The notes beneath the pieces are model-generated. The model ran no database searches. It was not told the origin of the DNA and worked only from the letters and a program-made list of their open reading frames with translations. A stretch of 64,000 nt of DNA, from positions 14,322,001 through 14,386,000 of the forward strand of contig OZ024747.1 of the NCBI GenBank assembly GCA_964016885.1, given 5' to 3'. This document shows positions 1 to 11,616 of the stretch, piece after piece. Both the position numbers and the translations under genes were made by a program. Position 1 is the stretch's first letter, and the number at the start of each line of letters is the position of its first letter. This DNA is from Eledone cirrhosa. Its lineage: Eukaryota.

Positions 1-8
1 AATATATA

Positions 9-1376
9 GTGTACGGGGAAAATGGTTCATTCACAATCCATTCCCCCCCGGAACTAAAAAGCCAGAGACTCCTAAACACGGTCATGTTTAGGACAATCTC
101 GAACAAAAGTAAAAAACCAGCTCAACCATCACAGAGCGAGATAGAGCTGGTTTTAAAAGACGTCATGAAGGACATCACCTTCATTCAGAAGGATAGACTC
201 TACGGGAGTCTATCCATTCTCATGAAGGACAGGGACACAGCAGTGAAACTGTCCATCAAACCAATCACATCCACCGCATACACCTTCTACCCTACGTACA
301 TGGGTAGAAGAACACAAAAAATAAAAATCCACACCATCCTGCCGATTATGGACATATGGTGGGTTTTGACAGGTTTTCTGGACCTGGAGGATGACATGCT
401 GGTGTCCATGGGAAAGGCATCGGGTGACGCGTTCAGTGGAACGAGCCTCGAACTTGTAGTTCAAATGAGGCCCGAAAGGATCGCCCAGATCCCTGAACGC
501 GTCATACTGGATGATCTAACCTTCATCAACATTACCGTTGAGGGTAGACGGCCCTCGTGTTACCTCTGCGGAACCAGAGGTCACCTGAGGGCTGTCTGTC
601 CCCAACTTAATAAGAAAACCCCAATCCTGCCCACACCACCAACAACTGCACAACCAACACAATCACCACAACAACCACTACAAAAACAACCACCACAGCT
701 CAAACCAAAACAAAACAATGTCCAACCCATCCCCTCCACTCAAAAAACAAAAACAATTTCCAAAACACCCGTACCGCAAACACAACCCGAAAATATACCC
801 CTCCCCTCCAACGCGGAAGATGACCCTAGTTCGTCGTCAGACGAGGAGGAGCACTTCCACACAATCAAAAGAAAAAAAAGAAAACACACCTCAGACACAC
901 AAATGAAAAAAACCCCTCCCCAAAACATAACACTGACACCAACACAAAAGAGCTCTCAACAGCAAACAAAAAACACCACACAAAAACAAAAACATGCATA
1001 CACATACATAAATACAAGAAACAAAAAACTGTTAAACATTGTGTACAACAACAATCTAATAAAAACACAAGGGCCTAACTTCACCCAGGCAGGGGATTTC
1101 CCCCACCTCAAAATGATTAAGGCCCCACAGGACACCTATAAAACTTTAAAAAACAATTTTAAAGAGGACGTGGGTCCCCCCTGCGTCGGGCCCATTAACC
1201 GAGTCCTCCTAAAAAACTATCCCACCCCCTCCCCAAACACCCTCACAACTCCAAGCTCCCCAACCACACAACACACTGATGCCCCCACACTTCCACAAAC
1301 CACCACCCCACCCAACAACCCATCCCCCACCCTAATGGAAATTGTGCAGCCCGATACCCGGGACGCAGAGAGGTAA
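9..1376 (+). CDS. LINE ORF1 gag-like nucleic-acid-binding protein, 5'-partial
   Basis: CCHC zinc knuckle CYLCGTRGHLRAVC, then P/Q/T-rich and basic KRKKRK segments. The frame is open to the window edge. Homologous to the ORF1 remnant at ~45880-46150. Confidence 0.85.
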   Translation: MYGENGSFTIHSPPELKSQRLLNTVMFRTISNKSKKPAQPSQSEIELVLKDVMKDITFIQKDRLYGSLSILMKDRDTAVKLSIKPITSTAYTFYPTYMGRRTQKIKIHTILPIMDIWWVLTGFLDLEDDMLVSMGKASGDAFSGTSLELVVQMRPERIAQIPERVILDDLTFINITVEGRRPSCYLCGTRGHLRAVCPQLNKKTPILPTPPTTAQPTQSPQQPLQKQPPQLKPKQNNVQPIPSTQKTKTISKTPVPQTQPENIPLPSNAEDDPSSSSDEEEHFHTIKRKKRKHTSDTQMKKTPPQNITLTPTQKSSQQQTKNTTQKQKHAYTYINTRNKKLLNIVYNNNLIKTQGPNFTQAGDFPHLKMIKAPQDTYKTLKNNFKEDVGPPCVGPINRVLLKNYPTPSPNTLTTPSSPTTQHTDAPTLPQTTTPPNNPSPTLMEIVQPDTRDAER

Positions 1377-1400
1377 GTGCCTTTTCTCTTCACCACCAAC

Positions 1401-4400
1401 ATGGCTATGCTAAGAGTAGGCTGTTTAAATGCGCGTGGCCTGGGCTCAACTTGGAAGCAAGCAATGCTTCTAAATGACCTCAGGTCACAACGTATAGATG
1501 TGATGGTTATTTGCGAGGCCCGGATCAGCAACGTGCGACAGCTGGCCCCCACCTTTGATGACTTTGAGATGCACGCATCTCTCTGTCAGCCTGGAGGTGG
1601 GGGTGGAGTTGTCGTTCTGCTGCAAAAACATCTGGGTCTCGCAACACAGATGGTACATTTGGACCCGGAGGGTCGACTAGTGGTTCTGGACCTTGGCAGT
1701 GGTAAAGGCGGAGCGTTTAGGTTGGTAGCCGCCTACGGCCCTTTCGGGTCAATGCGGCCGGACTTCTTCCATCGTCTGGAGACTTTTCTAGGGACGTCCC
1801 GCTCCTTGCTATTAGTGGGGGACTGGAATGGTATCCTAGATGCACGCTGGGACTACGTAGGGGCCTGCCCCGATAGAGAGGGGTGTAATAGCCTCAAAGG
1901 GTTAATCGGTCGATTTGACCTGGCCGATAGATATCGACTAGATTTTCCGACTGCGCCAACCTGGACTTGGGCAAATCGTAGCGGATCATCTAGGTCGTAC
2001 CTAGATAGGTTCTTAGTTAGAATTAAGGATAAGGACTTTTTAAGTTGTCCAAAAATGCGCATTGTTGGCTATTCAGACCACAAATTAGTGACCTGCATGG
2101 TCAACCTTGACAGAACTCATAGACAGGGCCCCGGTTACTGGAAGCTCAACTTGTCCTTGCCGGCAAGTAGAGCCTACAGGAATCGGATTAGTACGTTAGT
2201 TAAGGAACGGTTGACTGGAGCGATCGTCAACAGCAGGTGGTGGGTATCTCTAAAGAGAGAGATTAGAGTAGTCTCGATAGAATTTAGTAAGGTTCTAGCT
2301 GCGGATAGGAATAGGAAGGAAAGGGAGCTAATAGATAGAGTAGAAGAGGCAATTAGAAGCGGCGACGTGGCCAGAGTGCTAGCGTCGAGAACGGCTTTGA
2401 GCCAGTTTTTCGACGCGAAGCACGAAGGCTGCGTTGTCCGAAGTAAAATACGTGCTCTAGGGAACGAGGGGACCAAAGCTGTTAGCTGGGCCCGCGTGAC
2501 AGAGGCCAACAGTGGAACTAAATCCACCATCCGGTCTTTGCGAGACCTGGATGGACGGGCGATTCTTGAGCCTAAGCAGATGTGTGAGGCCTTTCAAAGG
2601 CACTTTGCCCGACTGTTCGGGAGGGGCGGGGAGCCGGTTGGGAACGTGGACTTCGGTCCATACCTCGACGGCCTGCCGCGCCTCTCGGACAGGGAGGCGA
2701 AGTCCTGCGAGGAGCCGATTTCGGCCGCTGAGATAGAGGACGTGCTGAGCCAATGCGGCAAACGCAAATCCCCGGGTCTCGATGGTCTTCCTTACGAATT
2801 ATATCTAGCTATGCCGGACTTGTTCCCCGATCTCCTCGAGGCGGTCTACTGCAACTGGCAACAGAACGGGAGAATTCCCTGTACTGTGACCAAGGGCGTA
2901 GTCACGCTAGTGAGGAAGGACGAGAACAAGGGGGACGAAATAAGTAACTTCAGGCCCATAACACTGCTAAATACAGAGTTACAGATTTTGGCCAAGGTGC
3001 TAGCAAAGAGGTTGGCGCTTGTCGTGGGCAACCTGGTGGGAGATGCGCAGACATGCGCTATCCCGTCCAGGTCCATCCATGACAACCTCCACCTCATGCG
3101 ATACATCATAGAGAGGGTTGGGAACGAACCCGGCTTTGGTGGGGCTCTGATCAACTTGGATCAATCTAAGGCGTTCGATAGGGTCGACCATGGTTACCTG
3201 GATGCGGTGCTAGCGGCGGCAGGCTTCGGACCCGTTTTCAGGGGCTGGATCACTGCTATGCACAGCAGCCGCATCTGCTCTAGGGTCAAGGTGAACGGCT
3301 ACCTCTCGGAGCCGTTCAAAATCGCGCGGTCCATCCGACAAGGGTGCCCTCTCTCCTCCCTTCTGTATGTATTGACTCTCGAGCCACTACTGCGGAAGTT
3401 GGAGTTGTTGCAGGGCATCCCTTTGGAACCGGGATTGCGGAAAGCGGTGTCGGCCTACGCCGATGACGTGACAGTAATGGTGTCGACGGCCTCCGAAATC
3501 GAGGCGGTCGGCACCTTACTGGAGGAGTACGAAAAGTTCACAGGGGCTAAGCTGAACCGGGACAAGTCGATCGGTTTGCAACTCGGCACGTGGAGGGGCA
3601 GACCGATGCCCTCCGATAGCGTCGTCGGACGCTGGACGGAGGGCCCGGTGAAGTTGCTCGGGGTCTGGTTCGGACCGGACCTCCAGGTGGAGAAAAACTG
3701 GGCGGAGGTTACGAACAGAGTGTTTGCACTGACCCAGAAGTGGGCCAGTTGCAAACTATCCCTGAAAGGTCGGGCGGAGGTGGCGAACACCTACATAGCG
3801 TCCGTCATCTACTACCGCCTGACCGTAGTGCCCTGCCCAAGGGAAACCCTCACCAAGATGGAGCGCGCGCTCTTCCAATTCCTTTGGAAGAGGCGGGCTC
3901 CTATGGTGAGGAGATCCATCTGCTGTCAACACCCTTCGAAAGGAGAGCTGGGGATGCCGTGGCTAATGATGCGTAAACACGCATTAAGGCTACGGCACCT
4001 CTACGTATTCCTCACCGGACAACCGGTGTGGGCCTCGTTTGTGAGACGAACCTTTCCCAGACTCGTCTCACTCACCGAGCTGCAATCCTGGGTCAAGCAA
4101 AGACCGAGAAAACTGGGCGCCTGGCACACTGAGTGTGCCCAGGCGCTCACCGCCCTCTGGCAGGCGGATCCGGTTATCAGTGGAGACTCCACCGCAACAT
4201 TCTATAGAGGGCTGGTACACAGCAGGTGCGACGACGCCCTCGGAGAAGCCCTAGACATGGAGGAGGACGAACTGGCCAGCCTTTTCGGTAGGACATTCAG
4301 CCCGGGACCTATGGACAACTTCCAGAAGTCCCTGGCCTGGCAGTGCTACCGAGGGGCTTTACCCGTTCGAGAAAGGCTCTACAGACACGGGCGCCCGGGT

Positions 4401-4838
4401 AGGGACCCCGCCAAAAAGATCTGTCCCAGATGCGTGTGCGACGAGGAAACCGTTGCACACGCATTAGTACACTGCTCGGGCGTAGCCGATCTGTGGGGCT
4501 ATGTCGAACAACTGCTGTCAAGGGTGGGACCGATCCGGTTGACCACCGAGTCTATTGTAATGATCAAGCCGCCTCCCCCCTTCAAAGATGAAGCAGAGGC
4601 GGTGTTTCTGTGCGTAATAGCCATGGCGAAAGAGGTTGTATGGTGGACGCGTCTGAAAGGACTGAGGTCGGGCACCTTTCTCTCTGGCCAACAACTGGTC
4701 CGTTTCTTCCGATATCATTTCGGAAGAAGGATCAGGATGGAGAGAGAGGTGCTGCACCCCAGCCGTTTCTATGAAAGATGGGTGAAAGTGGCGAGAATGG
4801 CCCGTGTGAATGGGCCTTCACTCTACATCAGACTATAG
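1401..4838 (+). CDS. LINE ORF2: APE endonuclease, reverse transcriptase and C-terminal zinc finger
   Basis: APE motifs LNARGL, CE, AYGP, GDWN, YLDRF, SDH. RT motifs KSPGLDG, FRPITLLN, LDQSKAFDRVDH, RQGCPLS, YADD. C-terminal CPRC-x8-H-x4-C. No stops. First ATG at 1401; frame open from 1377. Confidence 0.96.
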   Translation: MAMLRVGCLNARGLGSTWKQAMLLNDLRSQRIDVMVICEARISNVRQLAPTFDDFEMHASLCQPGGGGGVVVLLQKHLGLATQMVHLDPEGRLVVLDLGSGKGGAFRLVAAYGPFGSMRPDFFHRLETFLGTSRSLLLVGDWNGILDARWDYVGACPDREGCNSLKGLIGRFDLADRYRLDFPTAPTWTWANRSGSSRSYLDRFLVRIKDKDFLSCPKMRIVGYSDHKLVTCMVNLDRTHRQGPGYWKLNLSLPASRAYRNRISTLVKERLTGAIVNSRWWVSLKREIRVVSIEFSKVLAADRNRKERELIDRVEEAIRSGDVARVLASRTALSQFFDAKHEGCVVRSKIRALGNEGTKAVSWARVTEANSGTKSTIRSLRDLDGRAILEPKQMCEAFQRHFARLFGRGGEPVGNVDFGPYLDGLPRLSDREAKSCEEPISAAEIEDVLSQCGKRKSPGLDGLPYELYLAMPDLFPDLLEAVYCNWQQNGRIPCTVTKGVVTLVRKDENKGDEISNFRPITLLNTELQILAKVLAKRLALVVGNLVGDAQTCAIPSRSIHDNLHLMRYIIERVGNEPGFGGALINLDQSKAFDRVDHGYLDAVLAAAGFGPVFRGWITAMHSSRICSRVKVNGYLSEPFKIARSIRQGCPLSSLLYVLTLEPLLRKLELLQGIPLEPGLRKAVSAYADDVTVMVSTASEIEAVGTLLEEYEKFTGAKLNRDKSIGLQLGTWRGRPMPSDSVVGRWTEGPVKLLGVWFGPDLQVEKNWAEVTNRVFALTQKWASCKLSLKGRAEVANTYIASVIYYRLTVVPCPRETLTKMERALFQFLWKRRAPMVRRSICCQHPSKGELGMPWLMMRKHALRLRHLYVFLTGQPVWASFVRRTFPRLVSLTELQSWVKQRPRKLGAWHTECAQALTALWQADPVISGDSTATFYRGLVHSRCDDALGEALDMEEDELASLFGRTFSPGPMDNFQKSLAWQCYRGALPVRERLYRHGRPGRDPAKKICPRCVCDEETVAHALVHCSGVADLWGYVEQLLSRVGPIRLTTESIVMIKPPPPFKDEAEAVFLCVIAMAKEVVWWTRLKGLRSGTFLSGQQLVRFFRYHFGRRIRMEREVLHPSRFYERWVKVARMARVNGPSLYIRL

Positions 4839-5100
4839 GTGAGGAAGATGAAAGACCAAGGGAGCACCCCTTCTCTGTGCTCCTGAGGAGAAGGGTTGCA
4901 CACTTTTTTCGGGGGTGTGTGCGACCCCCCAAGGCGCCTCCTCTCTATTGAGGATTTTGTTAAAAATTTTATTTTTTGTTATATCTTATTTTATTTTTAT
5001 ATTTTGTTATTGCCTCCTCCTTATTGAGGACGCCTTTTTGTGTAAACTCCCCCCTTTGTACTTGTCCCACTTTTGATGCCCTAGTGGCAAATAAAAGAAA

Positions 5101-5480
<380 letters not shown>

Positions 5481-5620
5481 GGATGGGAGGGAGAAGATAT
5501 ACCCACTCTCATATGTAGACATATACAGTCGTTAGAAAGTCGGATTGAATACTTTGCGAAACTGGTTCCGAATATTTCCGCTCTGATTTCAAATCCCGTC
5601 GAAGTCAACTTCGCAAGTTC

Positions 5621-6985
5621 AATATCACTTACTATCCCCTCTTCTATATCACTTTCTATCCCCTCTTCTATATCACTTACTATCCCCTCTTCTATATCAC
5701 TTACTATCCCCTCTTCTATATCACTTACTATCCCCTCTTCTATATCACTTTCTATCCCCTCTTCTATATCACTTACTATCCCCTCTTCTATATCACTTTC
5801 TATCCCCTCTTCTATATCACTTACTATCCCCTCTTCTATATCACTTTCTATCCCCTCTTCAATATCACTTACTATCCCCTCTTCAATATCACTTTCTATC
5901 CCCTCTTCTATATCACTTTCTATCCCCTCTTCAATATCACTTACTATCCCCTCTTCAATATCACTTTCTATCCCCTCTTCTATATCACTTTCTATCCCCT
6001 CTTCTATATCCCTTACTATCCCCTCTTCTATATCACTTTCTATCCCCTCTTCAATATCACTTACTATCCCCTCTTCTATATCACTTTCTATCCCCTCTTC
6101 TATATCACTTTCTATCCCCTCTTCTATATCACTTACTATCCCCTCTTCTATATCACTTACTATCCCCTCTTCTATATCACTTACTATCCCCTCTTCTATA
6201 TCACTTTCTATCCCCTCTTCAATATCACTTACTATCCCCTCTTCAATATCACTTTCTATCCCCTCTTCTATATCACTTACTATCCCCTCTTCAATATCAC
6301 TTTCTATCCCCTCTTCTATATCACTTACTATCCCCTCTTCTATATCACTTTCTATCCCCTCTTCAATATCACTTTCTATCCCCTCTTCTATATCACTTAC
6401 TATCCCCTCTTCTATATCACTTTCTATCCCCTCTTCAATATCACTTTCTATCCCCTCTTCTATATCACTTACTATCCCCTCTTCTATATCACTTACTATC
6501 CCCTCTTCTATATCACTTTCTATCCCCTCTTCAATATCACTTTCTATCCCCTCTTCAATATCACTTTCTATCCCCTCTTCTATATCACTTACTATCCCCT
6601 CTTCTATATCACTTTCTATCCCCTCTTCAATATCACTTTCTATCCCCTCTTCTATATCACTTACTATCCCCTCTTCTATATCACTTACTATCCCCTCTTC
6701 AATATCACTTTCTATCCCCTCTTCAATATCACTTTCTATCCCCTCTTCAATATCACTTTCTATCCCCTCTTCTATATCACTTACTATCCCCTCTTCTATA
6801 TCACTTTCTATCCCCTCTTCAATATCACTTTCTATCCCCTCTTCTATATCACTTACTATCCCCTCTTCTATATCACTTACTATCCCCTCTTCAATATCAC
6901 TTTCTATCCCCTCTTCAATATCACTTTCTATCCCCTCTTCTATATCACTTTCTATCCCCTCTTCTATATCACTTTCTATCTTTCT
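5621..6985. repeat. 24-bp minisatellite, about 57 units, consensus TATCACTT(A/T)CTATCCCCTCTTC(T/A)A
   Basis: Exact 24-nt periodicity with two dimorphic positions. Produces the spurious I(E/V)SDIEEG ORF. Confidence 0.97.
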
Positions 6986-7020
6986 ATCCCTACATTCTTG
7001 CACTCTCCTTTCGAAAAAAA

Positions 7021-7669
7021 ATATGATATTCTACAAAACAACATTGAATTGAAATATTTTAATTTACAACCATAAAAATTGTGGTGGATTTATATAAATA
7101 ATCATCCATGGAGTAATTGAAATAACTGTTTCTACTTTTGGCACAAGGCCAGCAATTATCCCAGTGTATTACTGGTACTTTATTTTATCGACCCCTTAAG
7201 GATGAAAGGCAAAGTTAACCTCGGCGGGTTTTGAACTCAGTTCGTAAAGGGACGTAACTGTGCTGCAAAGCATGGCGTCCGACCCTCTAACCGATACTGC
7301 CAATCCACCGCCCTTGGAGTAATTGAAATAACATGTGCACGTACGAGTCCACACACACACACACACACACACACATGTATATAAACGCACAGAGTTCTGA
7401 TCTAGCCTTCGAAATGGCCGGACCTCAGCCGTCGGGGTCCTGGCTCTTTTCCTATATATATAGGAAGGCTAGATCGATATATATCGAAGGCTAGATCAGA
7501 ACGCTGTGGGTTTATATGCATGTGTGTGTGTGTGTGTGTGTGTGTGGACTCGTACGTGCACACGTTTTTTCAATTACTCCATGAATGATTATTTATATAA
7601 ATCCACCACAATTTTTATGGTTGTAAATTAGAATATTTCAACTCAATGTTCTTTTGTAGAATATCATAT
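7021..7669. mobile_element. Foldback element with PLE pseudo-LTR and hammerhead 3'-half at its centre; left arm interrupted by a SINE
   Basis: 7021-7126 plus 7333-7411 is the reverse complement of ~7483-7669. The centre GAAATGGCCGGACCTCAGCCGTCGGGGTCC matches 13964-13993 and the PLE terminus near 18185-18212 (-). Confidence 0.75.
7127..7314 (-). mobile_element. tRNA-derived SINE, full length
   Basis: A-box TGGCAGTATCGG, B-box GAGTTCAAA, core TTTGCCTTTCATCCT..GGGGTCGATAAAATAAAGTACCAGT. 18-bp TSD TGGAGTAATTGAAATAAC at 7109-7126 and 7315-7332. Confidence 0.92.
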
Positions 7670-7772
7670 TTGAGCAAACGCATTGATGCCTGTGTATTTG
7701 CATAAAAGCATGGATACTTTAGCCATTGTCGTTACTATCCCATTTTCCATCTTTTCGACTTTATATCTCTAT

Positions 7773-7847
<75 letters not shown>

Positions 7848-7898
7848 CACACACACATATATATATACATATATATAAATATATACATATATATATAC

Positions 7899-7938
<40 letters not shown>

Positions 7939-8429
7939 TGCTATTTCTTGTAAATAAACATTCACTTCCATCCTGACGTCACTAGCCCCGTTTTTTTCCT
8001 CATGTGCTTTTTCATAATTACACATGAAGGCGAACTAGCCAGTTTTAGAATTCCCTTTTTCGGATTATATTACTGTGAGAGCCCTGGTTTTCTGTTGAGC
8101 TCTGCTGATGAATGAAATCCAACCGTGACCATCTCCACTGAAAGTTTTCATGAAATAGTCTTTTAAGACTATACAGAGCATTTGATGTTATTCCAAATTG
8201 AAGGATAAGTGTTTCAAACTTTATTTTATCATGAGTTAAAGGTCTATAAATTTTTCCCCGGATTTCACTAAATTCTGTGGATGAATTTATATCCTGATTC
8301 TCTTTTGAGATGAGTTTGAGTTATTTTTCCTAAATCTTTCGTTAACTACTTTTCCCATCTTGACGTTATAGTCGCATATATGTTATAGAATGCCGTTAGC
8401 TTCTTGCTAAAACAATCTCTATACCTCTC

Positions 8430-8481
<52 letters not shown>

Positions 8482-8693
8482 ATATATAAGTATGTACACG
8501 TACATACATATATGTATACAGATGTACAGTAGTATGTATATATATATATACATACATGCACACATAAATATATGTACGTATGGATTCACCGAACATTTAT
8601 TATAATGCTCGATGTGTTTGTAAACAAACATCCCGTATTAAGCCGTAGTGTCTAGCAACCATCGTTGCTCGTTTGCTCAACACTGAAAAAGGA

Positions 8694-8736
8694 ACGCTGT
8701 ACTAGTTTCAAGCTTATTAGCTATCGTCAGCAACGT
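8694..8736 (-). ncRNA. Minimal type I hammerhead ribozyme motif with intact core
   Basis: Minus strand reads ACGUUG-CUGACGA-U AGCU AAUA AGCU U-GAA-ACUAGU-A-CAGCGU. 6-bp stem I, 4-bp stem II, palindromic stem III, GUA triplet. Confidence 0.8.
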
Positions 8737-8860
8737 ATACCTTCCTGCCAGATATATTTATATATATACACAGAGAGATAGAGAGAGAGAGAAAGCGAGA
8801 GGGAGAGAGAGATATATAGATCGTTAGGTAGATAGGTAGAGAGATAGAGAGATAAACAAT

Positions 8861-9047
8861 TGTTTCTAAGTTAGGCACAAGGCCAGCAATTACCCAGTGT
8901 ATTACTGGTACTTTATTTTATCGACCCCCGTAAGGATGAAAGGCAAAGTTAACCTTGGCGGGATTTGAACTCAGAATGGCAAGGGCCGTAACTCCATGCG
9001 TCAAAGCATGGCGTCCGACCCTCTACCGATACTGCCAATCCACCGCC
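8861..9047 (-). mobile_element. tRNA-derived SINE, same family
   Basis: Near-identical to 7127-7314. TSD TAGAGAGATAAA at 8845-8856 and 9048-9059. Confidence 0.92.
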
Positions 9048-9791
9048 TAGAGAGATAAATAATGACTATTTATTCGAACGTTCACTGACACAAGCTTCAT
9101 TACTTTGTTACATGAGGTATTGATGATTCTGAGAAGCCCATGATATCGGTGTAACTTTAAAGTAAACAGTATGTATTAATAATTTAATATATTTTAGATC
9201 AGATATAAATATTTGTAGATCTTGATTGTCACTCTAATACTGAAGACCACATATATATATATGTCTACAGCTTCTACTACAATGTAATATAATATATGTA
9301 TTAATAATAAGTAATATTTTCACTTTACAAATATTATTGTGTCTTATATTATTGAAACACACATACAAGAGCATGTATATATGTGTGCTAACATTGTATA
9401 TGTGTATATATCTAGATATGTAATGAGTTTATTGTAAGTATCAGCATATTTTATTCAAGCGTATATATTTCTTTCTATTAGTCTGTATATGTGTGTGTAT
9501 AAATATGTGTATATGTGTATATGTGTATATGGTAGCAGTGATTGTAATGGCGAAATGGAATAGATTTTCCGCATTTGTGATTGTTTAACCCCTGGTAAAC
9601 GCTCACAAATCAAATGCATTACAAATGTCATCGTAAGCTGCTCTTCCTTTAACTCTAGATTCTAGAATGAGTTTAGACTAGAATATACAAGCTCATTCTA
9701 GCTTACATGCTCAGGCATGGGAAATACTTTCAAGCGGTGAGTCGCGTCAGATATGGCTCATCATAAGGCGGACCAGACTACTAATATAATT

Positions 9792-9970
9792 GTTTCTACT
9801 TTTGGCACAAGGCCAGCAATCACTCAGTGCATTACTGGTACTTTATTTTATCGACCCCGTAAGGATGAAAGGCAAAGTCAACCTCGGCGGGATTTGAACA
9901 CAGAATGGCAAGGGACATGAGTCTATGCGTCAAAGCATGGCGTCCGACCCTCTACCGATACTGCCAATCC
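9792..9970 (-). mobile_element. tRNA-derived SINE, same family
   Basis: Family match. TSD ACTAATATAATT at 9780-9791 and 9971-9982. Confidence 0.92.
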
Positions 9971-10906
9971 ACTAATATAATTCAAGATATTTCGTTAGAC
10001 ATGCCATTCAGAAATTCAAACGAGCCGTATGCGGCCCGAGAGCGGCAGTTTGCCTATGATTAGTCTAGAGGTTCATTCATTTTCTGTGCGTATGGTTGTG
10101 GTGGTGGACAAGGCGATTGGTTGGGTTTAGACAGAGGAACCTTCGGCACGATTTCAACTTAGTTCGCATGAAACCGGGAGAAAGTACCGCAAGGTACTTT
10201 CTCCCACTAATCGGACGTATCTGGTTTAGAAAAGAACACGTTTTATAATGTGAGCCTGGGTTTTCTGAACATTAAAGTAATATTATATTGTTAATGATGG
10301 GGGGGGGGGGGGGGCTTTTACTCTTAGGGTTGCTCGATGAGGGCTAACTTGAAGCTAAACAGCAACAGCAACAACAACATCAGTAGCAGTAGTAGCAGCA
10401 ATGATAATAATATACAGTATATTTACAACCTTCCTCATATCATGACCCTTTAGTTCTATATCAGATATCTCTTCAGTTAGTGATAACCCAGAGCTAAATA
10501 GCTCATCACATCAATAAGATACAACGAAGTTGCGTCTACATAGTCACTCGGCTTTCTAGAAATAGCAGCCAAATCGCCCTCAAATAATACCCTACCGACT
10601 TATGAAAATGAATGACACGTTAAATTATCCTGAGCTAGATAGTGGGTCCTTCGTCGGTTTCGAAGAACCTACCGGATAAATCAATAGGTTAATGGCTGAG
10701 TACTCCGTACATGTATGTACACTTAACTAAAGAGATGGGTTGGTAACAGCTGGATTGTATTTTACTAAATATCCTGCTAGCTTAAATTTTACTTGGGGCT
10801 ATATAACAAGAACAACAATCGTACCCCCGTAACATTACCCGTTGGGGCATATTTTTATCCGAGATAGTAATATATATATATATATATATATTTTTATCCG
10901 AGATAG

Positions 10907-10959
<53 letters not shown>

Positions 10960-10999
10960 CATACACATATATACATGTATATATATATATATATGTATA

Positions 11000-11075
<76 letters not shown>

Positions 11076-11086
11076 TATATATATAT

Positions 11087-11178
<92 letters not shown>

Positions 11179-11213
11179 CACATACATACATACATACACA
11201 TACATACATATAT

Positions 11214-11268
<55 letters not shown>

Positions 11269-11533
11269 CATATATATAACGCAGAACCAGAAAATTTAAA
11301 ATGTGTAACAATACGCTTAATGTACCCCGAGGCAATATTACACTGATTACGCCCATTTAAGCATCATTAGAAACACCACGTTCCTGGTGGGTGGTAGCTC
11401 TCACTTTAGAATCAACTAATCTACATGATCCTTCGCAGTTGTTTTCTACAACTTGATGGCATATTTCAACGAACGTTCATGTATCATCTCTCTCTCTCTC
11501 TCATTCACCTTCTTCTCTCTGTCACTCACTCTA

Positions 11534-11616
<83 letters not shown>

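Larger units (their letters stand above)
1..5100 (+). mobile_element. Tx1/L1-clade non-LTR retrotransposon, apparently intact; 5' end lies left of the window
   Basis: Two long tandem ORFs, structured 3' UTR 4839-5100, AATAAA at 5090-5095 running directly into (TATC)n. Visibly more GC/CpG-rich than the flanks. Confidence 0.95.

Noticed and set aside
5621-6985. CRISPR-like array
   Set aside because: Units are contiguous with no unique spacers, there are no cas genes, and the context is eukaryotic.
8105-8125. Other CTGANGA hits (8105, 10470 -, 12587, 16810, 33511, 34468, 56038 -, 59461) as hammerheads
   Set aside because: Lack a correctly placed GAAA or the paired stems I-III.
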